A DNA stretch of 64,000 bases from Utricularia gibba (taxonomy: Eukaryota; Plantae; Magnoliophyta): NCBI GenBank assembly GCA_002189035.1, contig CM007989.1, positions 6,138,001 to 6,202,000 on the forward strand, in the 5' to 3' direction. Under the pieces are notes generated by a model. That model was not told the origin of the DNA. It ran no database searches and worked only from the letters and a program-made list of their open reading frames with translations. Made by a program: the position numbers and the translations under genes. Every line of letters begins with the position of its first letter. Position 1 is the stretch's first letter. Of this stretch, positions 1-12,539 are shown in pieces.

Positions 1-303
1 AATTTTTAAGATCACATCTTCTTAACTCCATAAAAAATATACTGTTTGTGTAAATAAGCCAAATGTGATTTTCCGATCACAATAATTGTGTTACATACTA
101 AGAGAATAGGATGATGGTGAGGAGTTTTGTAGATTGAATGAAGGATCGGAGATGGGAAAAAAAATGGGTTGGGGTTAGAGAGAAAGGAAAGCGAAATTGT
201 GGTGACATAAATTAGGTAGGTGCCAAGGCAGAGGCAATTCAAGCAGCAACAAGCTTGATATTTATTCCAAACCGGACGCCCAAGTATTAAATATCATACA
301 TGC

Positions 304-330
304 ATATATATATATATATATGTGTGTGTG
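304..330. repeat. (AT)n(GT)n compound microsatellite
   Basis: catatatatatatatatatgtgtgtgtg read directly. Confidence 0.95.
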
Positions 331-1280
331 CATCTATGTTAGGAGATGTGACAAGGAAACCAAAATAGGAGAACACCTTTTATGGGTGGGTAATAGAATG
401 TTCGGTAGGAAATAACTGCAGAAATTTGAACAAAAAGATCCTAAACAAGGAAGCGCATACGGTTTCCTGATCTCATTCCCTGATATGAATATCATAAAAA
501 TAATCTGATTTTTTTTAAAAAATATTCAAATCCTTCCATCAGAATGAATGAATGGATACACACGTTCTTCGTACCAATCAGCAATGCCAAATTATTTTAC
601 AAAAAAAAAAAAACATTTTTATATTGAAGTTGTTTTATAACATATGAATTATTTTAATATGTTGTTCAAAAAAGTGAATTAACTCACATTGGATGCCCTT
701 CAAATTCCATACGTCAGTCAAAATCCAGATTCTAAAATGATTCTATTAATATGGTATGCCCAAACATATCTCATCGGAACTTAAAAAAAGTAAATGACTG
801 GGACGTGCGTTTCAAAAAGGTCGTCGGCTGTCACATTGACCATTAGACATTAACCAGCATTTTTTACGAGTTTGTCGATTTGTTTGGCAGTTTGATTTAT
901 TTGTTTATGGGTAATCATTTTTTGTTTTTCATTCATTTAAATTGGACTTATTATCAAACAATTATTTAAAATAAAATACCTTATCAAAGCATCTATTCAT
1001 ATGTTAGCTTGATCATTCATGTATTCAGTATATACTTATCACAAATTCATTTTGGGTTATGAACATGTTGAGACTTAAGCATTTACCATCCTTTTCAAAC
1101 CATGTCAATGGCATGGCGTATTTGATTAGTGATCCATATCGGTTCTCGTGTTCACAGTAATTGTAATTGGGTGGCGTGGCTGCCTGTTGGCGAAGTGCTC
1201 GATCACTCGGCGTTAAGGGAAGAGTTGGTGCTCCATTCCGTACATGGCCAAATGGTGGGGGACAGACGGAGGCCGAGTGA

Positions 1281-1319
<39 letters not shown>
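1281..1319. repeat. (GCCA)n tetranucleotide microsatellite, about 9-10 units
   Basis: agccagccagcc... run; explains the LAGW/SQPA repeats in the ORF track. Confidence 0.95.
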
Positions 1320-1785
1320 AACCTCGACTATGGTTGAGCCTGGAAAATGAAAACACGCGGAGGACGTTCTCAAAATGTGATATTTTGGTCAAAAACATCA
1401 CTAGTGTTAGATAATGAAATTGTCAAATCAGTTTGGATGGATTTGAATGTATATAGATCATATTTTATGTTTTGGGTACAGTTTTATTAAACTCATAGAA
1501 AAACAAGAACATGAAATTTTATTTACACAAAAGAAAAAATAGATCATAAGGGGAAGATGGATAAAAATATTTCACTATACATAATCTTTAATAAACTAAA
1601 TATCTTCATTCTCCAATCACCACAATGACCTAATATATAAATATCCGAATAATACAATAAACATTAATATCTTCTTATTTTTTACTCAAGAAATGATCAC
1701 CCGAAACATTTGACTATTTGTGAATAATTGAACATTGCGATTCTCCAATCACCACAATGACTAAAATAAAAAAAAGGTGGACGAC

Positions 1786-1865
1786 TTCAGCAAGACTCGT
1801 CTCATTTGGAACCCAACTCTGCATTCCAAATTCATCAGTGGATTGAATTTTTCACGCAACCAAAT
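1786..1865 (+). pseudogene. Orphan fragment resembling the first helix of a GARP/G2-like MYB DNA-binding domain
   Basis: KTRLIWNPTLHSKFISGLN resembles the GARP consensus KPRLxWTPELHxRFVxAV; no ATG start and no recognisable downstream GARP exons. Confidence 0.4.
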
Positions 1866-3085
1866 CTCGATTTATTATTATGATTTCAGGCACAGGGGCG
1901 ATCACATGAATGTGGGAAGGGAGACACAGACAGTGCATAAAGAAACGCTAATGCGCGGAGTCCCAAATAATTGGTTCCACAACATGTCACCCAAATGTTC
2001 ATCGCCATGTGTTTCTTGAATATTCAACAGTACATTTCCTTTTATTATTCAAAAATAATGTAGGGGCCCGGGCCCCCGCGCCGAACCCTTTCCTTCCTCA
2101 ATTTTTTTTAAAAAATATCCAACTGCCCACGTGGCTGGTTCGGTGCGATATTTAATTTGGTTTCCTATGTGCGAAAGAAATTTTATTTCTTTCATTTTGA
2201 AGCATGAAATGCATTTTTTATTAAATTTAATTATATCAAGTTGACCCAACGACCCCAGTTGTCCATCCAACAATCCACATTCCTCAACATACACATTTTT
2301 TAATTTTTTTACTAATTATTTTGTAATTATTTCTATTTTAGTATTGCGGTGTGAATTATATGTGGTCTTCCATTATTACCTTGTGCAAACCACCTGAGGT
2401 TTTAAACTTGGGTCGAAATTTTAATTTTAATTTTTTTTATTTACTAATCAACAGCTATTAATGTCATAAATTTTATCTTCAATTAATCTTCCTGAAATGG
2501 ACGACAAAGACGATAACAATTGGGGTAAATTTCCAATTCACTAATAGCCATGTTTGGTAAATTTTTAAAAAATAGCTCCGAATAATTGTTTTTTATTATT
2601 CATAAATAAAAAGTGCGTCAAAACTTTTGTAGAGAGAAGGATGCTTTCAAAAAATAAAAAAAATTAGAGTACTTAATTTTTTGTGAATACAAAATTGTTT
2701 CTTTAGTGATTTTATTCATATAATTTAAAATTAATTCTATTATACATAAATTTGAAACATAGATTTAAAATATAATTTTTTCTGATTTCATTCATATAAT
2801 GTTAAAACTGACTATATTTTAAAAAATTGAAAGCATATATTTAAAATGCAGACCTTAATTTTGGTTGATTGGCTTATTATTTAGGTTGTCTAACCAACCA
2901 TTTTTCAGGGATGGGCTTGTTCCGGATTGGGCTCTTGACCGGCCCAAAATAATCGTCACGGTTGGTTCATCCATCCACACAATTAATTTGGGAAGGTTTG
3001 AAATGCCATTTTTATTTCCAGATTTCATTCTATGCCACCTGCTTTTTTTGTTTATATAATATTCAATATTACCATAACGTCATCA

Positions 3086-3533
3086 ATTTGAGCTCAATAT
3101 AACTCACGCGCATCAACATCAAAATATATAAAATCTTTGAAAATCCATGCTACCATTTTGTTAATGTTTCTCAAATAAATCATTATATATTCCATAAATA
3201 GTATCATTTTTCGATTGCGTGGAAAATTAGAGAATAACAATATTTAAAAATGAAAAGGTTCCTGATTCATCCTGTCTTTGTGGTTAATGTTAATTTTGTT
3301 TATTGGTTAGCAATCTGGTTTGAAGCTTTATTCAAGGTATTGTGGTGAGTAGTACAAAATTGCAATTGCACATACATTGATTGGGTGGCGAGAACCATGA
3401 TTTGTATGTTACAAGTGTATGGAAATCATCCAAACTTTTAGATTCTTTTATGAAAATAAAAAAAGAAAAGAAATGACTATTATTCAATGACCATAAAAAA
3501 CTTGCGAGTTAATATGTAATTTTGGTGAATTAA
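3086..3533 (+). repeat. Direct repeat copy 1 (pairs with 4401-4778)
   Basis: tttgagctcaa...aatatgtaattttggtgaat occurs twice, about 90% identical by eye; copy 2 lacks about 65 bp. Confidence 0.9.
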
Positions 3534-3865
3534 TATATATGTAAATTTATTTTATATTGTTTTACTATATTATATAAGTGTTAAATTGGCTTAAATCCTA
3601 ACGTTAGTTGAGACTTGACAATTATATCTCATGCCTCTTGGGCCCTAGACATGGGTCATGACATGTACAAATGTGGTCATACTCCCATTATCTCTAACAC
3701 ATTAAGCTAAAATTTTTTAATTGATGATGACCACTTTTGTCACACAGTAAAATAAGGATAACCACATTTCTAATAGACCATACTCTTTCAACAACTATTC
3801 CCAATTTTAAGATATCATGTGATTGAAAGAAGTTTTTAGAATGTTAATATGAAAATTTTAAGATA

Positions 3866-4400
3866 TATTGAGCACTTTACCCATTTGGCCCATTTTACCC
3901 ATATTGATACAACTCACGTAATTTACAAATGAATTGAGAATAGTATTTTTGAAAATTTAATTGGCTCTCCTACCTTACTCTTTGGTGTTGTTCACATGAT
4001 TTGCAATGTTTCTACTTTTTCATTTGATCTTAATGGTACTAAATTGATTCTATTCTTACATTAATTCTTACATTAATTATTAGTGAGACATCTTTTTTAT
4101 AAGTATAAAATTTATTGATGAGACATTTCTAATAATTTAGATTGCAATTTAAATTTAATCCAATGTTTATTAGAAAACATATAACAATTGCAATAAAATA
4201 GTTCAAAGAAACAAAAGCATGTCCTATCTCTATATTCCAATTCATGAAATACAAATTTGAGTTAATATGTGATGGATGAAATGACATGTATGGGGTTCTT
4301 TAGAAATCTACCCACCACTTACAAATCTACTCACTTCTACATTTCACATACAAATCTACCCACTCTCTCTCCTCTCACATTTTACCTCTAACCTCTCTAT
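3866..4400 (+). repeat. Dispersed repeat (pairs with 27884-28345)
   Basis: Shared blocks such as gatcttaatggtactaaattgattctattcttacattaatt and tagaaatctaccca..cacttacaaatctac. Confidence 0.85.
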
Positions 4401-4778
4401 TTTGAGCTCAACATAACTCACGCACATGAACATCAAAATACATAAAATCTTTGAAAATCCGTGCTACATTTTGTTATTGTTTCTCAAATACATCATTATA
4501 TATTCCATAAATTGTATCATTTTTTGATTGCCTGGAAAATTAGAGAATAACAATAGTTAAAACTGAAAAGGTTCCTGATTCATCCTGTCTTTGAGGTAAA
4601 TGTTAATTCCAATTGCACATACATTGATTAGGTGGCAAGAACCACGATTCGTATGTTACAAGTGTATGGAAATCATCCAAGCTTTTAGATTCTTTTGTGA
4701 AAATAAAAAAGAAAAGAAAAGACAATTATTCAATGACCATAAAAGCCTGCAAGTTAATATGTAATTTTGGTGAATCAA
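4401..4778 (+). repeat. Direct repeat copy 2 (pairs with 3086-3533)
   Basis: Same sequence as 3086-3533 with an internal deletion. Confidence 0.9.
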
Positions 4779-5191
4779 TTCCGCTCTTTAGGATCATTCA
4801 TTGCTACGGCTGGCTATCCTTGAAGCCATTTGCTCACTTGAGGGATTAAGGATATATTATCTACAGTTAAGCAAATTCTTGTTTTAAATGATCACGGTCT
4901 CAATAAAGTATCACTAAGAACAAGAACAAGTATCATAGAGTTTATTAAAAGCAATGAATAGTAGTGTTGCAAGTATTATATGGAGGCAAAGCCACATGGT
5001 ATCCTTACGGTAAGGGGATGTTGACTCATGTAGTTTCATAAATACCAATGATGAGATTATTTTATGAAACTTAAGAGACATAGTTCAGGGAAGGGGAAAA
5101 AGAGGATTCAGATGAAGAATAAGGGATTTTGTGGGATTTAGGTGTAAGAAATGGGTATTTATGTAGGGAATAAGGTAAATGGGATGATTGG

Positions 5192-6010
5192 TGATAAATT
5201 AAAATTTCTTAAGTCATTGCAAATATATAATTTTTATCTCAAATAAATTTATAATTCTTAATCCTCATAAGATACAAATTAAACCCAAAATATAAAGTGG
5301 AATTTCAGGTCGATCACAAAGAGTTGATGGTTGCAATGTATTTTTTGTGATACAAAATTTGAAATAAACGTTTCTCTTAGTCCAAGTTTTGACTAAGAAC
5401 GGTATGCATGTTCAATAACTAAGATCAAATCCAAACGCAAATAGTAACAAATACAAGTTTTGTGTAAAGTGGTATACTATGATGCCTCAAGGTGGTCTCG
5501 GTGATGTGGTACTAAGGTCTCCAATTTAATTTATAATGTTTTTATACTCACAACTCTAAAAAACCTGAGTCAACTCATGTCATTTCTCATGTTTTTGATT
5601 AAAATAACCCCTAAAGTCATTACCCATTTCACACTTTGGTCTAACCATGTGCGAAATATGTAGAACTAGGTCTTCTCGACTCTACTAGTTATACCTAGGA
5701 CTAACATATGCTATCTTTACCTTGATTTGTTGATTTACCTCTAAATCAAGTATTGAAGATGCAAAGCTGTTCGTTTCCCCTCTTAAGTCTACCCAAGAAA
5801 TGATAAAAAAGGAAGCTAAAACATATCGATTAATTCTCTTATAAACCCTAGCCAATTATATTTGGCAATCAAAGCAAGATTGCATAATCATAAACTAATG
5901 TAAACATCATAAACATTGCAAGAAAAATTGTTGCAGAAAATAAATATCCAGCAAACAAAAAATAAGGCAAAATAGTTATGTTCTCCTTCTTCTACTATTC
6001 ATTGGCAACA
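5192..6010 (-). repeat. Truncated 3' LTR of element A
   Basis: Matches 15429-16270 only; the first ~500 bp of the LTR are missing. Confidence 0.75.
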
Positions 6011-8193
6011 TTGGTGCTTCAAGTGTGACATCCTCTTTTTTAGAGGAAGGTTCCACTGATGGTGTTCTCTGCCTTTTCTTCCTACCTTTTTCTTTCTTCT
6101 TCTTAGTTAGGACTTGTGGCTTTGTGGGCAGTTCTTCCATTGATGTTTTTCTTTTCTTGTAACTTTGCTACATGTCATTCGATCTTTGCTGAAGGTTGAT
6201 ATGCTCTAAATTGGACAAAATTTCGCACCGTCTTTTTGACCTGGAGGATTCTCCCATCTCTGCCACCTGAAGAATCACATCTACGCCTCGGAAATCCTTT
6301 GTAGTTGCAACAGCAGGTAGATCCCCTTCTTCTAGAGTTGGAGCAATGGCATCTCCATCACCTTCCTTTCGTAGCTCTGTTTGGTTCATTTTCTTCTAGT
6401 TGGATTTCTCCTTTGTGGCCTTTCTTGCACTTCTCGTCGTAGGCATTCTATTTCTACCACTGTAATTTTTCTGCAAAGAGAAAATGGATAAAATGAGGGA
6501 CAATGAAATTGTTCATCCAAGTCATTTCGAATGCTAGGTGTTTTTGCATAATTTCCTTTGGTTCAACTCCTCACTCCCTCAATGGTCTGATTTTTGTAAT
6601 TGCTTACTATTAACTCCCCTTGAATTAAGTAATCATCATTGCCCAGCAACACAAAATACGTCAAAAATCCTAAAAAATGCTATACTATATCAGGGATTAA
6701 AAGACTTAACTTTGGGTTGCGTTTCACAAGCACCCTTGTTTTTAGTCTTGGACCCAACTTCTTGTATGACGACGTTTCTAGTGCATCCACCAGCATGATT
6801 GTCTCCAGATTTTCTGTGAACATGTTGTCAAGATTTTCATAAAAAATTTTCAATCAATGCCTATTAACTAAAAATCCTTTATTGACATCTCCATCATATT
6901 TCTCTATGGCACCGTTTGGAAGAATGTCTTTCACAAAAAAGGCCCTATCCATCTTGATTTCAGCTTCCTAGGATGCAATTTCAACCTTGATTGGAATAAT
7001 AAAATTTGCTCAATTTCAAAAGCCCTTTTTGAAATATGTGCATCGTGATACCTTTTACTCCGAGCTTTGACTAGTTTTGAGCTCTCATACACATCATTTC
7101 TCAACTCCTCCAGTTCTGAAAGTTGAAGCTTCCTGTGACTTGCATTAAGGTTCCTATCTAAGTTCAACTTCTTCATAGCCCATTAAGCTTTGTGCTCAAG
7201 CGCAGCTGGTAGCCTACGAGGCTTCCCATAAACCAAATGAAATGTTAGGTTCCAATAGGAGTCTTATATGCTATCTGTATGGCCTAAAGTGCGTCCTTCA
7301 ACCTCATGCTCCAATCTTTCTTGTATGGGTTCACAACTTTCTCTGGTATTTTTTTGATTTCCCTATTAGAGACTTCAGTTTGTCCGTTAGTTTGAGATGA
7401 TATGTAGTAGAAAGCTTATACCAAAAATTGTATTAATTCAAAACACTCCTCAAGGCCTAGTTGTAAAAGTGGGTTCCCCTATCATTGATCAGGGCATTGG
7501 GAGTTCCATATCACATGAAGATATGGTTGCGCAAGAATTTAATCACAATCTTCGCATCATGAGTTCGTGTAGGGATTGCCTTAATCCATTTGGGCATGCA
7601 ATCAACCTCAACCAAAATGTAATTGTAATATGCTAAAGTAAGAAATGATTCAATAAAATTTATACCTTATATATCAAATAACTTACAATCCAGGATTCCT
7701 TGTTGAGACATTTTTTTTCTATTTGATAAATTTCTCACCCTTTGGCATGGTTCACGACCTTTGTAATAAGCATAACAATCTTTGAAAATGTGAGGCCAAT
7801 AGAATCTGCAATCTAAGATTTTTCTGGCTGTTCTATTTGGCTCATGATGACCATCAAAAGGTCCTATGACAAGAGCCAATGATTTTTGGAATTTCAATTT
7901 TGTGAACGCACCTTTGAATGATACCATCATTGCATTTCTTCCATAAATATAGATAATCCCATATGTAATATTTTGAATCACTTTTCAGCTTGTTCCTTGT
8001 ATGATAATCTATTTGAAGTGGCATCACTCTCGTTGAAACAAAATTTGCAAGATTAGCAAACCACAATTCACGTATAGTGTCCAAATTGGGAATGGTTGTT
8101 CATTCGGAAAAGTTTATGTGATGACTCCATCATATTTATTCCCTTCAATTATGTTGAGGTGATCAGCAACAAGGTTCTCCCTTCTAGATACAT

Positions 8194-10670
8194 TGTTGCA
8201 TGTCGTTTCCTCAACAAATTTTAAATATTTGAAATGTAAAACACCAAATAGCGTAGTACGAGTATCGATCACAGGGAGTTGTTTTTCGTGAAAAGGGTTT
8301 CATAAAAAACTTCTACAAAATGTCACGGTTTTGTAAAAGGGGGTTTGTGGAATGCAGAAATAAAAGTTACAACCTAAGTAATGTGCCTTGACTACGGGAC
8401 ATAGTTCCTGGGAATAAGATTTCATCTCCTTATTTTATCCGTTCTTGCCTCAGTTTTCACTGATTTCTTCCGAATAGCTGATTATAGGAGCAAGGAATAA
8501 CCTACTCTCCCTTACACTCTGATTGACAAGGAGGCACGGGAATAGCCTCATGTGATTCCCCTTGGACGATTAGGAAGACAAGAGGATTGCCTTCGATTGC
8601 CTTCAAAACCGAATTGCGCGCATGTGCCTAGCTGTTGCCAATGGCCAGTGGCAGGTCCGAGGTCACAACTTTTCCACTGTCGCGGTACCTGGGCCACAAA
8701 CAATCCACTACTTCCCTCGAACCAGCAGGGTTGGAGTTGGTGCTCTTCACCTTGATCTTCACCAAAATCCGCGAGGAGTGGCCTGCTACTCATTGACCTT
8801 GACTAAGAGTCGTTACAGAAAGACTGCAACAAAGCGCATGGAAGTATGCAGAATCCGAATTGAATTCAGCGAAGAACCAAGTGTATTGCTCAGGACTTGG
8901 AAGGAAACTTCATCTACTTTCCAGAAACTAAAGTTTTTTAGCCACAAAGGGCCATGGAAACAGAAACGAAAAGGAAGCGAAGTGTTCTGATGGTAATTCT
9001 GCAAGTGCACAGAAACCATCGAAGTAATAAAATAAGATCATATCTACAGGGAATTGTTTTTGGAATATTCTTTTCAAACAAAGATTCAAAAAGACCGAAA
9101 ACAAGAGAAATATTTGGTTTTGAAGAGAATAAGAAAAGTGGCTTTGGATCTAAGATCTACCTTACTTGAAACTCGCCCTTGTGTGTGTGCAAACCTTGAG
9201 AGCTGACATGCTTGCGCAAGCTTTGGGGTTGTTATGCTAAAATAGTGCTATTCAGTGACCGTTATAGCACCGTCCCTTGTTTTGTGGGATTATGGAATCA
9301 ACCACGCCACCAGAGCCACTTCACCTCTTGTGATTACCCATGTTTTCCCCACACTCAAATCTAACCCCTACACTTCACACCTCGCAGACAGATTAAACAG
9401 AATGTGCCTTACCAACGATGTCCGATTGAGCCCTTCTCCTTAGTTGCTTGAGGCCAACCTTTGATTCTCCCACACTCCCTTAGGGCTATATGGTACTAAA
9501 GATCACGTTGGTAAAGAAAACGTTGCAAAAAACAGAATCAGACCTCAAATTAAATGCTGAAAAACATGGTAAGACAGTCACACGCGCAGAACTTGCGCAA
9601 GCAAGGCTTCACAGCAGATCCTCAGCTGCAAGCGCTTACACGTGCATGCTTGACTCTAAACAACAAAAGTTGATGAAAAACGAAATGAAAGGAATCTAAA
9701 ACATGCTAGATTCGACTCTAAACCCTACATTGACACTCTGGTCGTCCACCCTTGACTTCCCTAGGTCTTCGCGTTTGGATCTTTATATAATGGTGGGGAT
9801 TTGTCGGGTTTTCTTGATGGGCTCGCATCAAATCTTCTATCCGAATCTTTGAAGATTTGATACAAATCTTCTAGGATGAGATCCAATTTCTCCAAGATAA
9901 GATGCGAATCTTATCTTATCCGAGAATCTTTGATCGAGTCTTCATCCGGATAGACCAAATCTTAGCCTCCATCAAAGTAGCTCGAAAATCCTCCAAATTA
10001 TTCCAAATTATCCTGAAAAATCATAAAACACACTTTTCCTCCAAAAAGATCAAAGTGGTATGAAAGATATAAAATTCTTCTAGAAACATAAGGAAAGTGG
10101 GATAAAAGAATGTAAAACTCATCTAAGTGAGTCTCAAAAAGCACAAATATAAGTGATACAAAATCACGTATAATGTTCTTCCTCCTTGAGAGGACGAAGA
10201 ACTTAAAAGTTCTAAGTACAAGAGAAATTGTTCAAAAGTTTGAAACTAAGTGCTCCAAGTGGCATTTATATCACTCCTCCACGTGCATTAACTCTTTTGG
10301 GTCCCCTTCTCATCATTCCTTCTGTCTTGCGTGCGCCAGTGGATTTCCTTTGCATGCAAGTTAGCGCCCAATCAATGCTGCAAACTCTAACATGCCGTAA
10401 GTCAGGGGCCTTGACTAGTGTCAGTCCTCCGCCCACAATTGTTCCAAATCACGTACAAGGCACGAAAAGTCAGACTCTGACCACTTGCAATACTCCTGTA
10501 ACACTCCATGACAATCTCCTGCCATGTCTTGGTTAATGTGTGAGAAAAAAGACATAAAATATATACAAAATTGGAAAATATGAATTTTCTAATAAAAATC
10601 AAATACTTAATAATAGGACTCCTAAATACATAATAATACCTAAATAATTACTAGAAAATGACACTTAACA
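8194..10670 (-). mobile_element. Solo LTR, family C (2477 bp), inserted in the RNase H of element A
   Basis: Termini TGTTAAGTGTCATTTTC...GAAACGACATGCAACA; perfect 5-bp TSD TACAT (8189-8193 / 10671-10675); excision restores EINDVSRRENLVADHL. Confidence 0.92.
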
Positions 10671-12539
10671 TACATCGTTGATCTCAACGTCAAATTCTTG
10701 AACTAGAAGTACCTATTTAATAAGTCTTGGTTTGGAGTTCTTCTTCTCCATTAAGTGCTTTACCGCTGAATGGTTCATGTTGACCACCACTTTGCTACCT
10801 AAAAGATAAGAACGAAATTTTTCCAAGGAAAAAATAACAGCTAAAAATTTCGTTTCAATGATGGTGTAATTTTTATGGGCCTCGCCTAAGAAATAATAGA
10901 GTTCTTTCCTTCAATTTTTGTCATAAAACTACTCTCATAGCATGGTTAATAGCATCACACATGATCTCAAAATCATACCTCAAAAGTATGAGAAATAATA
11001 TGGAGCTTCCCTTCAAAGAATTAAAATCATGTTTACATGAATTATCAAAATTAAAAGCAACATCATTATTCAACAACCTACTAAGATGCAAAACAATTTT
11101 GGAAAAATTCTTAATGAACTTCCTATAAAAACCAACATGTCAAAGAAATGATCTAATACCTTTCACATCAATAGGATAATTAAGTTCAGAACATAATCTC
11201 GATTTTCACCTTATCTACTTCAATTCCCTTTTTAGAAATCACATGCCCTAAAATAATTACATGACCTATCATAAAATGGCATTTTTTCAAAATTTAAAAC
11301 CAAATTCTTTTCCATAGATTTCTTTAAAACCTTATCCAAATTATCTAAGCATGACTCAAACTTTTCTCCATACACCGTAAATTATCCATAAATTGGAGAA
11401 AATACTAGTAATGCATCTCTGAAATGTGGTTGAAGCATTCCACAATCTGAAAGACATCCTCCCATAAACACAAGTTTCTAAAGTAGGAAACTGACTATAT
11501 CCAAAATAGCCATAAAAAAAACAATAAAATGATATTCCTACCAATTTCTCCAACATCTTGTGAATAAAAGACAAAGGATAATGGTAATTCTTTGTCACTT
11601 TATTTATTTTTTGATAATCTATGCAAACGTGTCATCCATTTTGTATCCTTTTTGGCACAAGTTCGCCTCTCTCATTTTCCACCATGGTTATCCTAGTCTT
11701 CTTTGGAACAACGTGAATCATACCCACTCAATGTCTGTGATGGACTATAGGATTCATGTATCATGAATTTTATCAATTTTTTTTCTTACCACCTTCATCA
11801 TATTTGGGTCAAAGCGTCTTTGAGGTTGGTGAACTGGTTTTGCATGCATATGGATGAGCAAATCCCTTCAATGTCATCAAGCGTCCAACTTATTTCCTTC
11901 TTATTTCTGTTCAACACTTTAAGTAATCGTGACTCTTGGTCGGAGCGCAGACGAGTGGAAATGATAACAGGCTTCATGAACTCTACATCAAGAAAAACCA
12001 ATTCAGCTAACCCTTCTTCCCAGGTCTTGGTTTGCACCACATTCAATGGCTTAAATTTTTCCTCAGCTTTCAATTTTGCAAGTAGAGATTCTTCATGAGC
12101 CTCTTCCTTTTCTTGAATTTCTTTCTTCAAATGCTCCTCAATGTGTCCATCCTATTCACCGTACAAATGCTCTCAAAATCATTGGGATAATTCTTCACAT
12201 CCTTCCTATCAAATGTGATTTTATCTTCATCAAAAGAGAGCTCAATGACCCCTATATTCACATTAATGCTAGTATTGGAAGTACTCAAAATTGCCTTTCC
12301 AAGACAATGGTCGTGTCTTTTGATCCTTCAATGGGCATATTCACCACATAAAAATTAGTCGAGAACACCAAATGCTCAATTTTCACCAAAACATCCTCGA
12401 CCAATCCCTTGGGAGAAATCACTCTTCTATCCAATAGCTCAATTTACACTCCCAATGCTTGGAAGGGTCCTAACCTATGAGCCTCATAAATAGAATTCGA
12501 CATGATATTCATAGAAGCTCCAAATCTGCTATAGTTCTC

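Noticed and set aside
1025-1401. ORFs with LAGWLAGW / SQPASQPA repeats
   Set aside because: Translation artefacts of the (GCCA)n microsatellite
2063-2076. Perfect 14-bp palindrome GGGGCCCGGGCCCC
   Set aside because: Too short and typical of TCP site-II or TE subterminal motifs; no larger structure found
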